From NCBI RefSeq assembly GCF_947504105.1, contig NZ_CANNGP010000006.1, positions 30,399 through 94,398 of the forward strand: DNA of 64,000 nt. The letters run 5' to 3'. How positions within the stretch are numbered: position 1 is the first letter of the stretch; every line of letters begins with the position of its first letter. The DNA is from an uncultured Tateyamaria sp. Its GTDB lineage: Bacteria; Pseudomonadota; Alphaproteobacteria; Rhodobacterales; Rhodobacteraceae. Position numbers and translations under genes: made by a program. The notes below the pieces were generated by a model. It saw only the letters and a list, made by a program, of their open reading frames with translations, was not told where the DNA came from and did no database searches. This document shows positions 19,758-30,084 of the stretch, piece by piece.

Positions 19758-19879
19758 CGGAGGCTCGCGTGATCATGGTACTGGACGCTGGCGGAGGCCC
19801 GTGGTTTTTTGTTCTTCTTTAATCGGTAGCCAACTTTGGAACGCTTGTTTAGTGTCAGGGCTCCGAAACGAGGAAGCTT

Positions 19880-20278
19880 ATGGACGAGTTGAAGCAGGCG
19901 GCGCTGGCAGTGCGGGAAAACGCGCATGCGCCCTATTCGAATTTCAAGGTAGGGGCCGCGGTGCGCGCGGCGGATGGTACCGTTTTTATCGGCTGCAATG
20001 TGGAGAATGTCGCCTATCCCGAGGGCACATGTGCCGAAGCCGGGGCCATTGCGGCCATGGTGGCGGCGGGCCAGGGCGCTATCGCCGAAGCCTATGTCGT
20101 AGCGGGTAGCCCCATGCCGGTCACGCCCTGCGGGGGGTGCCGTCAGAAGTTGGCAGAGTTTGGCGCAGGCGATGTCCGTGTCACCATGGCGACCACAGGC
20201 GGCGTCGAACACGTGATGACCCTGGCCGAGCTGCTGCCTGGCGCTTTTGTTGCCGCCCACATGGATGGCGATGCATGA
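19880..20278 (+). CDS. cdd: cytidine deaminase
   Basis: 132 aa. Zinc-binding motifs CAEAGAI and PCGGCRQ. Confidence 0.85.
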   Translation: MDELKQAALAVRENAHAPYSNFKVGAAVRAADGTVFIGCNVENVAYPEGTCAEAGAIAAMVAAGQGAIAEAYVVAGSPMPVTPCGGCRQKLAEFGAGDVRVTMATTGGVEHVMTLAELLPGAFVAAHMDGDA

Positions 20279-21582
20279 CTGACGCACGATCCATCATTGC
20301 CAAACTTCGCCAACGTCAAACCCCATCGCGTGAGGAACTGAGCTGGTTTGCCGAAGGGCTGGCCGATGGCACCGTTACCGATGCGCAGGCCGGGGCCTTT
20401 GCCATGGCTGTTTGTCTGAATGGCCTGGGCGATGTGGGCAGGGTCGCATTAACTATGGCGATGCGCGACAGTGGGCAGGTACTGGACTGGGATCTGGATG
20501 GTCCGGTCCTCGACAAGCATTCGACCGGTGGGGTGGGCGATTGCGTGAGCCTTGTGCTGGCCCCTGCCCTTGCGGCCTGTGGGGCCTACGTTCCGATGAT
20601 CTCGGGGCGCGGGTTGGGTCACACAGGCGGTACTTTGGACAAATTGGACGCCATCCCGGGCGTATCCACCGAGCTGAGCGAGCAGCGGTTGCGGGACGTG
20701 TTGACCAAGGCAGGTTGCGCCATCGTTGGTGCAACGGCCAAGGTCGCCCCTGCAGACAAACGTCTGTACGCGGTGCGCGATGTGACCGCCACGGTCGAAA
20801 GCATGGACCTGATCACCGCGTCCATTCTGTCGAAAAAGCTCGCCGCTGGCCTTGATGGGCTTGTACTGGACGTCAAGGTGGGGTCCGGCGCCTTCATGAA
20901 AGATGCGGAAGCCGCGCGCGCCCTTGCCGATGCGCTGGTGAAGACGGCCAATGCCGCCGGGTGTAAGACCACGGCGCTGATCACGGACATGTCGCAGCCC
21001 CTTGCCCCGGCTCTTGGCAACGCCCTTGAGGTGGCAGAGGCCATGCGCACCCTGACCGGCCCGGCACAGGGGCCGCTGGTCGAGATTTCAGCCGCGTTAG
21101 GTGGTGTACTTCTGACCAATGGCGGCTTGGTCGACGACGTGCAGGCGGGCGCAGATGCCATTGTCGCCGCTATTTCAGATGGGCGTGCGGCGGAACGGTT
21201 TGGGACCATGATCGCCGCAATGGGCGGACCGCTACAGTTTGTCGAGAACTGGTCCAGGTTCCTGCCGGAAGCGACCGTCATTCGTGAAATCAACGCGCGG
21301 GCCCCGGGACATGTCTGCGCCATTGATGGCGAGGCGCTGGGTTTGGCCGTTGTCGATCTAGGCGGTGGGCGCAAGGCCGAAGGGGACGTGATCAACCCGG
21401 CCGTTGGCCTGTCTGACGTGGCCCGGTTGGGCAGCAAACTGTCCAAGGGGCAGCCTCTGTGCGTCATCCACGCGGCGCGTCCGGCGGATGCGGATCGTGC
21501 CGAGGCCGCGGTGCGCAGGGCCATCACTATCGGCAGGCAAGCGCGGGATGTGCCGGACCTGATCGCAGAGCGGATCGGCTGA
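20275..21582 (+). CDS. deoA: thymidine phosphorylase
   Basis: Start at ATG 20275 overlaps the cdd stop (ATGA). DKHSTGGVGD and SGRGLGHTGGTLDKL motifs. 435 aa. Confidence 0.9.
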   Translation: MTDARSIIAKLRQRQTPSREELSWFAEGLADGTVTDAQAGAFAMAVCLNGLGDVGRVALTMAMRDSGQVLDWDLDGPVLDKHSTGGVGDCVSLVLAPALAACGAYVPMISGRGLGHTGGTLDKLDAIPGVSTELSEQRLRDVLTKAGCAIVGATAKVAPADKRLYAVRDVTATVESMDLITASILSKKLAAGLDGLVLDVKVGSGAFMKDAEAARALADALVKTANAAGCKTTALITDMSQPLAPALGNALEVAEAMRTLTGPAQGPLVEISAALGGVLLTNGGLVDDVQAGADAIVAAISDGRAAERFGTMIAAMGGPLQFVENWSRFLPEATVIREINARAPGHVCAIDGEALGLAVVDLGGGRKAEGDVINPAVGLSDVARLGSKLSKGQPLCVIHAARPADADRAEAAVRRAITIGRQARDVPDLIAERIG

Positions 21583-22751
21583 TGCCGCGCGCGTTCCTCA
21601 TCGTCATGGACTCCGTCGGGATTGGCGGGGCACCTGACGCGGCTGCATATTTCAATGGGGATGTGCCGGACACGGGCGCCAATACGGTTGGTCATATTGC
21701 CGAAGCCTGTGCCGCAGGGCGTGCGGAAGATGGCCGCAGCGGAGCGTTGGATGTGCCGCATCTGCAGGCGCTTGGGTTGTTTGAGGCCATGGCCCTTGCC
21801 AATGGGCAGGACGCGCGGTCGGGCGCGTGGGGTGCTGCGACGGAGGTGTCGCAGGGCAAAGATACACCTTCGGGTCATTGGGAATTGGCGGGTGTGCCGG
21901 TGCCTTGGGACTGGCACTACTTTCCTGACACACGCCCGGCCTTTCCGGACGAGGTGGTTGAGGCCGTTTGTGCTGCTGCCGGTGTTGACGGGATACTGGG
22001 CAATTGCCACGCGTCGGGCACTGCCATCATTGCCGAGCATGGTGCCGAGCATATCCGATCTGGCCAACCCATCTGCTACACATCTGCAGACAGCGTGTTC
22101 CAGATTGCCGCGCATGAAGAGCATTTCGGGTTGGACCGGCTTTTAGACCTGTGCCAAGCCGTGGCGCCCGTACTGCATAAGATGCGCGTTGGCCGCGTGA
22201 TTGCCCGCCCCTTTGTCGGTGTGGAGGGCGCATTTGAGCGAACGGTCAATCGTCGTGATTATGCCATCACGCCGCCCGCCCCCATTCTGACGAATTGGGT
22301 GCAGGATGCCGGGCACCGGGTCTATGGTGTGGGGAAGGTCGGCGATATTTTTTCGATGCAGGGCTTTGACGAGGTGCACAAGGGCGCGGATGCCGACCTG
22401 ATGGACCATTTGGCTGATCTGGTTGCCTCGGCCGAGGATGGAAGCCTGATATTTGCAAACTTTGTCGAGTTCGACAGCCTGTATGGGCATCGCCGGGATG
22501 TTTCCGGGTATGCCCGTCATCTGGAGTGGTTTGATGCCGAGATTGGTCGTCTTCTGCCGCAATTGCGCGCCGATGACCTGATGGTTCTGACCGCCGATCA
22601 TGGGAATGACCCCACTTGGGTGGGCACCGACCACACGCGCGAGCGGGTGCCTGTTCTGGTTCATGGTGAGGATGGCGCGCCGCTGGGGTTGATTGGCTTT
22701 CAGGATGTTGCGCATTTGGTGGCACGGCACTTGGGCATTTCACCAAAATGA
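21582..22751 (+). CDS. deoB: phosphopentomutase
   Basis: ATG 21582 overlaps the deoA TGA by 1 nt. MPRAFLIVMDSVGIGGAPDA N-terminus and TADHGNDPT motif. Confidence 0.9.
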   Translation: MPRAFLIVMDSVGIGGAPDAAAYFNGDVPDTGANTVGHIAEACAAGRAEDGRSGALDVPHLQALGLFEAMALANGQDARSGAWGAATEVSQGKDTPSGHWELAGVPVPWDWHYFPDTRPAFPDEVVEAVCAAAGVDGILGNCHASGTAIIAEHGAEHIRSGQPICYTSADSVFQIAAHEEHFGLDRLLDLCQAVAPVLHKMRVGRVIARPFVGVEGAFERTVNRRDYAITPPAPILTNWVQDAGHRVYGVGKVGDIFSMQGFDEVHKGADADLMDHLADLVASAEDGSLIFANFVEFDSLYGHRRDVSGYARHLEWFDAEIGRLLPQLRADDLMVLTADHGNDPTWVGTDHTRERVPVLVHGEDGAPLGLIGFQDVAHLVARHLGISPK

Positions 22752-22791
22752 GCGCCTGACGGCGCGCGATTTTCATGGCGCTGACGCGCGT

Positions 22792-22842
22792 TGGGGCGCT
22801 GCCCCAAACCCCGAAGTTTACTTGGCAAGATGAAGGGGATTG
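22792..22842 (+). repeat. dispersed intergenic repeat, copy B
   Basis: TGGGGC-GCT-GCCCCA hairpin (22792-22806), then ACCCCGAAGTTTACTTGGCAAGATGAAGGGGATTG (22808-22842). Lies about 50 nt upstream of upp. Confidence 0.6.
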
Positions 22843-22893
22843 TCCCCATGTCTACGTCGGGGCAGAAGAAGGTATCATCAAGGAGCTGCCGCA

Positions 22894-23526
22894 ATGTCCG
22901 AACATCTGACCGTCGTCGATCACCCGCTTGTCCAACACAAGCTGACCATTATGCGTGACAAGGGCACACCGACAGCCGTGTTCCGGCAGCTTTTACGCGA
23001 AATTTCGCAACTTCTTGCCTATGAGGTGACGCGCGGGTTGCCCATGACCACCAAGCGTATTGAGACACCGATGCAGGCGATGGACGCGCCGACACTGGAT
23101 GGCAAGAAGCTGGCCCTGATTTCAATCCTGCGGGCCGGCAATGGTTTGCTGGATGGGGTGCTGGAACTGATCCCGTCGGCCCGAGTAGGTTTTGTGGGTC
23201 TTTATCGGGACGAAGAGACGCTGAAACCCGTCGAATACTACTTCAAGGTACCGGAATCGCTGGAAGATCGCCTGGTCATCGCGGTCGATCCGATGCTGGC
23301 CACCGGCAACTCGTCTGCCGCGGCCATAGACAAGCTGAAAGAGGCCGGAGCAACCAACATCCGCTTTCTATGCTTGCTGGCTGCACCAGAGGGAATCGCT
23401 CGCATGAAAGACGCGCACCCGGATGTTCCGATCGTGACGGCGGCCGTCGATGACCAGCTCAACGACGTTGGATACATTGTTCCGGGTCTTGGCGACGCTG
23501 GCGACCGGATGTTTGGCACCAAATAG
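22894..23526 (+). CDS. upp: uracil phosphoribosyltransferase
   Basis: 210 aa from ATG 22894 (AAGGAG RBS). [19 protein letters not shown]-terminus, PRPP-binding loop [10 protein letters not shown], and C-terminal [17 protein letters not shown]. Confidence 0.9.
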   Translation: MSEHLTVVDHPLVQHKLTIMRDKGTPTAVFRQLLREISQLLAYEVTRGLPMTTKRIETPMQAMDAPTLDGKKLALISILRAGNGLLDGVLELIPSARVGFVGLYRDEETLKPVEYYFKVPESLEDRLVIAVDPMLATGNSSAAAIDKLKEAGATNIRFLCLLAAPEGIARMKDAHPDVPIVTAAVDDQLNDVGYIVPGLGDAGDRMFGTK

Positions 23527-23594
23527 CGGGCATCGCCGCTTTACTCAGACCCGGTGTTAGGGCATCGTATTCCCCATATCTTGTGGGGGATATA

Positions 23595-25043
23595 ATGAGT
23601 ATTACTAGAATTGCAGCCTGGGCTGTTATCGCTGCGTCGTTGTCCATCGGTTTTGGTCATGCCCAATCATTGCGAAATGCACAGACGCCAGCCGAGTTTC
23701 CGCCAGCGTCGTTCAAGGGCACGCAATATGTCGACAGTCAGGGGTGCGTGTTTGTACGGGCAGGCATTGATGGCAACGTGACCTGGGTGCCCCGTGTCAA
23801 TCGGCAGCGTCGATTGATTTGCGGACAGACCCCAAGTTTGTCAGCGGAAGCTGTCGCAGCGGCGCGTGTCACGCCCAACCAATCCGCGCGGGCAACACCC
23901 GAACAGATTACAATTGCACTCGCGCCCGCCGAGACGGCAACCGCAGCACAACCAACACCCGCGCCGCGCCCCACTGTGCGTACAACGCAGGCGGCCCCGA
24001 CCCCACCCGCCCAGCCAACGCGGCGGGTGATCGTGCGGCGTTCAGTTACAACGACATCGCCGACGCGACCCGTTGCAACAGCGCCTGCCGCCGCTACCCG
24101 GGCCCAGGCACCTGCTGCGCAAACAACCGTACCGGTACAAAGGCCCACCACCACTGCGCAGGCGGCGGCACCGTCCTGTCCCGGCGCATCAAATGTGAGC
24201 GTAAGCTATATCAACTCAGGACAATACGGTCCTGTCCGCTGCGGCGCACAGGCGATTGGTCCCGCAGCCCGCACCGCCACGGTTGCACAACCCGTCGTTC
24301 CATCAACGACTGTCCGTCGCGTACCAGCCAGATCCATCGCGGCAACCGCGCCACAGCCTGCTATTGGACCACAAACACGTGTCGTCCCGCGCCATGTGTA
24401 TGAAAACCGTCTCGCAAAGAGACCTGCGCGGATTCCTGAAGGATACAAACCCGTCTGGGAAGATGACCGTCTGAACCCAAGACGTGCCGAACAATCACTG
24501 AACGGGATTGCGCAAACGCGGCTTGCCTGGACACGCACTGTGCCCCGCCGCCTGATCGATCGCCGCACGGGCCGGGATGTCACGGCAACCGTGCCGCTTG
24601 TGTACCCTTATGTCGATGTCGCGACGCAAGAGCGTGATCTGGGCACCGTGACCCTGATCCGCCGTGATGGGCAGATCATGAAGCGGGTGCAACGCAAGAA
24701 ACGCGCGAAGACACGGCAACCCGTGGTATCAACCCGCTCGGCTGAAAAGCCTGTCGTGAACACGGCCACACGCCCGGCGCCAACGGCGAAAGCCAAGGCA
24801 CCTAAGAAGGTCATCAAGGGCCGCTATGTTCAGGTTGGGACATTTGGCCAGCCCGCCAACGCACAGGCAGCAGCGCAACGGATTGCGCGGGCCGGTCTGC
24901 CCGCCCGCATTGGACAGATCAAACGGGGCGGCAAGTCGTACCAGATTGTGCTCGCCGGGCCATTTGAATCGTCTAAGGACCTGTCGACCGGATTGCAGCG
25001 CAGCCGTTCGATCGGATTTTCAGATGCCTTTGTGCGCAAGTAA
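23595..25043 (+). CDS. SPOR domain-containing secreted/envelope protein with long Ala/Pro/Thr-rich linker
   Basis: Signal peptide MSITRIAAWAVIAASLSIGFGHA. Low-complexity APT-rich centre. C-terminal SPOR-like module (RYVQVGTFGQPANAQAAAQRIARAGLPARI...YQIVLAGPFES). Confidence 0.7.
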   Translation: MSITRIAAWAVIAASLSIGFGHAQSLRNAQTPAEFPPASFKGTQYVDSQGCVFVRAGIDGNVTWVPRVNRQRRLICGQTPSLSAEAVAAARVTPNQSARATPEQITIALAPAETATAAQPTPAPRPTVRTTQAAPTPPAQPTRRVIVRRSVTTTSPTRPVATAPAAATRAQAPAAQTTVPVQRPTTTAQAAAPSCPGASNVSVSYINSGQYGPVRCGAQAIGPAARTATVAQPVVPSTTVRRVPARSIAATAPQPAIGPQTRVVPRHVYENRLAKRPARIPEGYKPVWEDDRLNPRRAEQSLNGIAQTRLAWTRTVPRRLIDRRTGRDVTATVPLVYPYVDVATQERDLGTVTLIRRDGQIMKRVQRKKRAKTRQPVVSTRSAEKPVVNTATRPAPTAKAKAPKKVIKGRYVQVGTFGQPANAQAAAQRIARAGLPARIGQIKRGGKSYQIVLAGPFESSKDLSTGLQRSRSIGFSDAFVRK

Positions 25044-25046
25044 CAC

Positions 25047-26063
25047 TCAGCTTCCGCAGATCGCCTGCAATTGAAGCCAGTCCCGGTCTAGCATGATCGG
25101 AACTGGCGCCTGTCCCGACATTGGGTCCGCTTCGATCAGCTGCAACGTCGCCTCGCCCGAGATGTCGCGCGCGCGCGCATAGGGTGTGCTGCGCACCTCT
25201 GCCGCGGCAAAGGTGGACAAGAGTGCTTCGGCACGTATCTCGGCGATCGGGCTGGCCAATTGATCCTCGGCAAACGCTTCGAGCGCGCTTGGCGGGAGTG
25301 ACCCGGTTGTCAGCAAGGTGCCCGTGGCGCGGGGGCCCGCGTGTTCCAGCAGCGCGCGCAAAGGGGGTTTTTCAGCGCTGCGAACCTGCTCGACAAGGAT
25401 GTAGCCTGCCGCGACATCCGGTTCCTCGTAATCCTCGACCAACGTCCGGTTCACAAGCACGGTGCCACCCGGCAGTGCCAACGCCTCGCGGACACCTGCA
25501 GGCAGGACGACAACGCGTGCCACCCCGGTGCGCCCGGCCAGCGCCACCAGGCCGGGGCGCGCCTCGATACTGTTGCAGGGTTGACCGGACACGCGCTCGA
25601 TCCGGGCCAGAAGGGCCGCGCCGATCTCGGCCTCCTTCACGGGGGGCACGACGCGCATGGCATGATCCACAAGTGCACCGGGCAACCAGAAAATCGCGAG
25701 CGCAGCAACCGCTGACGCAGATACCGCAGCACCCACCCAACGTAGTCGCCCCTGCCGGGGCCGGGCGCGCGCAACCGCGCGGCGCAATGTGTCGATGGCG
25801 TCGATCATCGCCGTCTCGTCCGACCCAAGCTCCAGTACCTCTTCGGGATCGCCATCAGGATGAAAAGCTGCACCCCCCTTCTCAGGCGCCGTCGCCTTTT
25901 CGACAGCCGCAAGCGACCAATGGGTAATGGCACGGTCGTTCAAGTCCGAGATGATCAGAGTCGCGTCACCGATCGACACGATAACCTCGCGCCGTTGCGC
26001 ATCAGCCGAGCCGCGCCACAGGCCCGTCGCTTCGAGCCGATCATATTTTCTGAGTGCTGTCAT
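25047..26063 (-). CDS. hypothetical single-pass membrane protein
   Basis: 338 aa with one central TM segment (WVGAAVSASAVAALAIFWLPGAL). No motif recognised. Confidence 0.55.
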   Translation of the reverse strand: MTALRKYDRLEATGLWRGSADAQRREVIVSIGDATLIISDLNDRAITHWSLAAVEKATAPEKGGAAFHPDGDPEEVLELGSDETAMIDAIDTLRRAVARARPRQGRLRWVGAAVSASAVAALAIFWLPGALVDHAMRVVPPVKEAEIGAALLARIERVSGQPCNSIEARPGLVALAGRTGVARVVVLPAGVREALALPGGTVLVNRTLVEDYEEPDVAAGYILVEQVRSAEKPPLRALLEHAGPRATGTLLTTGSLPPSALEAFAEDQLASPIAEIRAEALLSTFAAAEVRSTPYARARDISGEATLQLIEADPMSGQAPVPIMLDRDWLQLQAICGS

Positions 26064-26231
26064 ACCTGTACTTCGGCGGGCGGGTTGGTGCCTCTATGTT
26101 TAGCCCTTAGGATAACAGAGGCTTGGTCTACCGCCAAGCGATCACAAAACGGTTAAGGCAAAAAGCGTGATTTGACCGGGATAGCCACTAGTGTCAACCT
26201 GACGTTACAGTTGAATAGGAAAGGCCGTATC

Positions 26232-26684
26232 ATGCGATCACTCATTCTGAGCGCGCTTGCTGCGATGGGCTTACCGTTGGCAGGACAGGCCGCGGAAGGC
26301 ACGCGCATTCAAGTGACAGGAGAGATTATCGACACCTGGTGTTATTACTCAGGCGTCATGGGCAGTCCGGATGCGGTGGTTGGTTCAGCACACCACACCT
26401 GCGCGCTGTGGTGCAGCGCGGGGGGTATCCCCGTTGGGCTGCTGGCCGAAGATGGCACTGTCTACATGGTTCTCAAGGTCGGAGAGGATGATCAGACCGC
26501 CGGCGGTGACACAACGCTGAAGCTGGCGGCGCATACGGTCGAGGCCGACGGCATGCTCTATGAACGTGACGGCCTGAACTACCTTGTTGTGTCCGACGTG
26601 GTGTCCGACCTCGATATCACCAACCAGAACCACGACGATTACGGCAACGTACCCCCCTTTTCGATCCCGGATCCGAACAAATGA
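26232..26684 (+). CDS. secreted CxxxC protein, paralog 1
   Basis: Start re-picked at ATG 26232, giving signal peptide MRSLILSALAAMGLPLAGQA. Contains HHTCALWC. Confidence 0.6.
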   Translation: MRSLILSALAAMGLPLAGQAAEGTRIQVTGEIIDTWCYYSGVMGSPDAVVGSAHHTCALWCSAGGIPVGLLAEDGTVYMVLKVGEDDQTAGGDTTLKLAAHTVEADGMLYERDGLNYLVVSDVVSDLDITNQNHDDYGNVPPFSIPDPNK

Positions 26685-27244
26685 AGAAATTGATTGCCCT
26701 TCTGGCCATGATGGCCAGCCCGCTCGCCGCGCAGGATTTCTCGGAAGGATCCGAGGCGCGCAGTTGGAACCTGTATGCTGAGGTACCAGCCAAGTTCGAG
26801 GCAACGGTCGTTGACCTTCTGTGCACTTTCACAGGCGATTGCCCTGCCGACTGTGGTGCAGGCAAGCGCCAGCTCGGTCTGTTGCGCACCGCCGATGACA
26901 CGCTGATCCTGCCAATGAAGAACAGCCAACCGGCCTTTACCGGCGCGGCGGTCGAATTGCAGCCCTTCTGCAACCAGACCATCACCGTCGACGGGCTGAT
27001 GATTGATGACCCCGAGCTTGGGGCCAACAATGTCTACCTGGTGCAAACCATTGTGCCGCCGGGTGGTGACGACAAGATCAAGGCGAACAAGTGGACCAAG
27101 AACTGGGCCGCCGAGCATCCCGAAGCGAAAGGTAAGGGACCGTGGTTCCGGCGGGATCCGCGCATCAAATCCATCATCGCTGAAGAAGGATATCTTGGTT
27201 TGGGGGTTGATGTGGATGAGGCTTGGATTGCAGAGAATTTCTGA
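26681..27244 (+). CDS. secreted CxxxC protein, paralog 2
   Basis: ATGA overlap with the upstream ORF. Signal peptide MKKLIALLAMMASPLAA. Contains CPADC. Alignable with paralog 1 (…D..C…CxxxC.AG…GLL…TV.xDG…YLV). Confidence 0.6.
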   Translation: MKKLIALLAMMASPLAAQDFSEGSEARSWNLYAEVPAKFEATVVDLLCTFTGDCPADCGAGKRQLGLLRTADDTLILPMKNSQPAFTGAAVELQPFCNQTITVDGLMIDDPELGANNVYLVQTIVPPGGDDKIKANKWTKNWAAEHPEAKGKGPWFRRDPRIKSIIAEEGYLGLGVDVDEAWIAENF

Positions 27245-27245
27245 G

Positions 27246-27809
27246 ATGATCCGCGCAGCACTAACCGCGCTTGCGCTTGTGGCGGGGATGCCTGCCGCAA
27301 GTCAAAGCCCTTTCCCGGTTGATATCGGCGGGCCCTATACCCTTCTGGATCAACACGGGCAGGTACGTACGCAAGCTGATCCCGAGGGCAAGCACCAGCT
27401 GTTGTTCTTTGGCTATGCCAATTGCCTGAACATCTGTTCTGCGGCCCTGCCCCTGATGGCGCAGGTGGTGGACGAATTGGCCGCTGACGGAATCGACGTA
27501 ACCCCGGTGATGATCACGGTGGCCCCCGATCAGGATCAGGTCGACACAATGGGCGCACCGCTGGCTGAAATTCATCCGGATTTCATTGGGTTGACTGGCA
27601 AGGAGGATACACTTCAAGCGGCCTATGATGCCTTCAACGTCGAGGTTGAGGCTTTGTTTGAAGATCCTGAATACGGATGGATTTATTCGCACGGTAGTTT
27701 CGTGCACCTGCTTGATGGCGAGGGGGAATTGCTGACCCTGCTGCCGCCCATTCTGGATGTGACGCAGGCCACGAAGATCGCCAAGGGCTACATCACGCCG
27801 CAGGGTTAG
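27246..27809 (+). CDS. SCO1/SenC family copper chaperone / thiol-disulfide oxidoreductase
   Basis: Start at ATG 27246, 1 nt after the upstream stop. Signal peptide present. Thioredoxin-like fold motif LLFFGYANCLNIC (CxxxC) and a downstream His (YSHGSF). Confidence 0.8.
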   Translation: MIRAALTALALVAGMPAASQSPFPVDIGGPYTLLDQHGQVRTQADPEGKHQLLFFGYANCLNICSAALPLMAQVVDELAADGIDVTPVMITVAPDQDQVDTMGAPLAEIHPDFIGLTGKEDTLQAAYDAFNVEVEALFEDPEYGWIYSHGSFVHLLDGEGELLTLLPPILDVTQATKIAKGYITPQG

Positions 27810-27810
27810 G

Positions 27811-28572
27811 TCAGTTGAACTGTTCGGAAATGAGCCGCTCTTCCAGCCCGTGACCGGGGTCGAAGAGGATGCGATGTACGACGGACGGTTCGGACTGAAT
27901 TTCGACTGCAGCAATATCGCGGAAAGAACGCGAGTCCGCCTCAGCCATCACCGGGCGTTTGTCGCCCTCGAGCACGTCAATTCTGACACGTGCAGTTTTT
28001 GGCAGCAACGCACCACGCCAGCGTCGCGGTCGGAATGCAGCAACTGCGGTCAGGGCCAGTACGTCTGACCCGATCGGCAGGACGGGCCCGTGCGCGGAGT
28101 AGTTATAGGCCGTTGACCCTGCAGGCGTGGAGACGAGCGCCCCATCGCAGACCAGCTCATCCATGCGCAGGCGACCATCGACTGTGATCCGCAACTTGGC
28201 CGCTTGTGGCCCTGCGCGCAGCAGCGACACCTCGTTGATGGCAAGTGCCTTGTGACTTTTCCCACCCGTGTCGAGAGCGGTCATGGACAGCGGGTTCAGC
28301 TCCGCTTCCTCTGCTGCTTTAAGGCGCGCTTCCAGGTCGGACTCGCCGTATTCGTTCATCAGAAAGCCAATGGTGCCCCGGTTCATCCCGTAAACTGGCA
28401 CGTTCAAATGCTGCGAGGCATGCAGGGTCTGCAACATGAACCCATCCCCGCCCAGCGCGACAATCACATCCGCGCTTCCCGGGCCCACATCGCCATAACG
28501 CCCAATCAACGTCGCCCGCGCGGTCTGCGCGACGGCTGCGCGGCTGGCCGCAAAAGCGATCTTGAGAGGCAT
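27811..28572 (-). CDS. nadK: NAD kinase
   Basis: 253 aa. GGDGFML motif and NEVSL/…[10 protein letters not shown] motifs. Confidence 0.85.
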   Translation of the reverse strand: MPLKIAFAASRAAVAQTARATLIGRYGDVGPGSADVIVALGGDGFMLQTLHASQHLNVPVYGMNRGTIGFLMNEYGESDLEARLKAAEEAELNPLSMTALDTGGKSHKALAINEVSLLRAGPQAAKLRITVDGRLRMDELVCDGALVSTPAGSTAYNYSAHGPVLPIGSDVLALTAVAAFRPRRWRGALLPKTARVRIDVLEGDKRPVMAEADSRSFRDIAAVEIQSEPSVVHRILFDPGHGLEERLISEQFN

Positions 28573-28754
28573 TCATGTTTCCTATGGCAAACGTATTGTG
28601 CCGAAAGAACCATATCTTTTCGCCCCTTACCAGCGCTGACCGCGCTTTGTCGCTGGTAGTGCGCAAATGGTCGGGATACATCCTTTGCTCAAAGGGCCGG
28701 TTTCCGATAGGAAACGGCAAATCAAATCGACTCAGTCCACGCAGGAGAGTTCCC

Positions 28755-30050
28755 ATGAATGCGCCCCACCGCACAGATGGTTTTTTCACCCAGAGCCTTG
28801 CCGATCGTGATCCCGAGCTGTTTGGCTCGATCCGTGACGAGCTGGGCCGCCAGCGGAACGAGATCGAGCTGATCGCATCGGAAAACATCGTGTCCGCCGC
28901 AGTGCTCGAGGCACAGGGTTCGGTGATGACCAACAAATATGCCGAAGGCTATCCGGGCCGTCGGTATTATGGCGGGTGCCAATTTGTCGATGTGGCCGAG
29001 AACCTCGCCATTGAGCGGGCCAAGCAGCTGTTCGACTGCGGCTTTGCCAATGTGCAGCCAAATTCGGGTTCGCAAGCCAACCAGGGTGTATTTCAGGCAC
29101 TCCTGCAACCAGGTGACACGATCCTTGGCATGAGCCTGGATGCCGGTGGTCACCTGACCCATGGTGCGCGCCCCAACCAGTCGGGCAAGTGGTTCAACGC
29201 CGTTCAATACGGTGTGCGTCGCGACACGCTGGACATCGATTATAACCAGATCGAAGCATTGGCTCTTGAGCACAAACCGCAGATGATCATCGCCGGTGGA
29301 TCGGCCATCCCGCGCGTCATTGATTTTGCCCGCATCCGCGAGATTGCCAACAAGGTTGGTGCCTATGTGTTGGCTGATGTTGCGCACTTTGCCGGTTTGA
29401 TCGCAGCAGGCGAGTACCCGTCGCCGTTCCCGCATGTGCATGTGGCGACGACCACCACGCACAAGACCCTACGCGGCCCGCGCGGTGGTATGATCCTGAC
29501 AAATGATGAAACGCTGGCCAAGAAGTTCAATTCGGCCATCTTCCCCGGCATTCAGGGTGGCCCGCTGATGCACGTGATCGCCGCCAAGGCCGTTGCCTTT
29601 GGCGAGGCGCTGGACCCGTCCTTCAAGACCTACCAGCAGCAAGTGATCAAGAACGCACAAGCCTTGGCTGATCAGCTGCACAAGGGTGGATTGGACACCG
29701 TGACCCACGGCACCGATACGCATGTGATGCTGGTTGACCTGCGCCCCAAGGGTGTCAAAGGCAACGCGACCGAGAACGCTTTGGGCCGGGCACATATCAC
29801 CTGCAACAAGAACGGCGTGCCCTTTGACGACGAAAAGCCGACAATCACATCGGGCATTCGCCTGGGGTCCCCTGCCGGGACAACCCGCGGTTTTGGCGAA
29901 GGCGAGTTCCGTCAGATCGGTGACTGGATCATCGAAGTGGTCGATGGGTTGGCTGCAAACGGCGAGGACGGCAACGACGCGGTCGAAGCCAAGGTGAAAG
30001 CCGAAGTGGCCGATCTGTGCGCCCGCTTCCCGCTTTATCCGAACCTGTAA
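28755..30050 (+). CDS. glyA: serine hydroxymethyltransferase
   Basis: Start at ATG 28755 (AGGAGAG RBS). [23 protein letters not shown] and the PLP-lysine motif [14 protein letters not shown]. Confidence 0.95.
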   Translation: MNAPHRTDGFFTQSLADRDPELFGSIRDELGRQRNEIELIASENIVSAAVLEAQGSVMTNKYAEGYPGRRYYGGCQFVDVAENLAIERAKQLFDCGFANVQPNSGSQANQGVFQALLQPGDTILGMSLDAGGHLTHGARPNQSGKWFNAVQYGVRRDTLDIDYNQIEALALEHKPQMIIAGGSAIPRVIDFARIREIANKVGAYVLADVAHFAGLIAAGEYPSPFPHVHVATTTTHKTLRGPRGGMILTNDETLAKKFNSAIFPGIQGGPLMHVIAAKAVAFGEALDPSFKTYQQQVIKNAQALADQLHKGGLDTVTHGTDTHVMLVDLRPKGVKGNATENALGRAHITCNKNGVPFDDEKPTITSGIRLGSPAGTTRGFGEGEFRQIGDWIIEVVDGLAANGEDGNDAVEAKVKAEVADLCARFPLYPNL

Positions 30051-30056
30051 TTTCCG

Positions 30057-30084
30057 AAGCCCCCTGCACCACGCGGGGGGCTTT
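30057..30084. terminator. bidirectional hairpin terminator between glyA and the convergent NAD(P)-binding gene
   Basis: AAGCCCCC (30057-30064) pairs with GGGGGCTT (30076-30083), with an 11-nt loop. Followed by TTTC on the plus strand. Overlaps the stop codon of the minus-strand gene. Confidence 0.5.

Noticed and set aside
20619-22124. Long antisense ORFs opposite well-supported genes. Examples: 501 aa opposite deoA/deoB, 622 aa at 33280-35148 opposite carB, 655 aa at 16287-18254 opposite maeB, 412 aa at 13578-14816 opposite prpE, 400 aa at 7956-9158 opposite the MFS gene, and 246 aa at 28722-29462 opposite glyA.
   Set aside because: These are typical high-GC shadow frames. They are Arg/Ala/Pro/Gly/His-rich with low-complexity composition and no RBS, and in every case the opposite strand encodes a protein with clear family motifs.
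28573-28754. A ZTP (pfl) or other known riboswitch upstream of glyA.
   Set aside because: The conserved ZTP cores (GGGUCGUGAC..., CCGCCUGGGC) are absent. Only generic hairpins are present, and these are reported at low interest.
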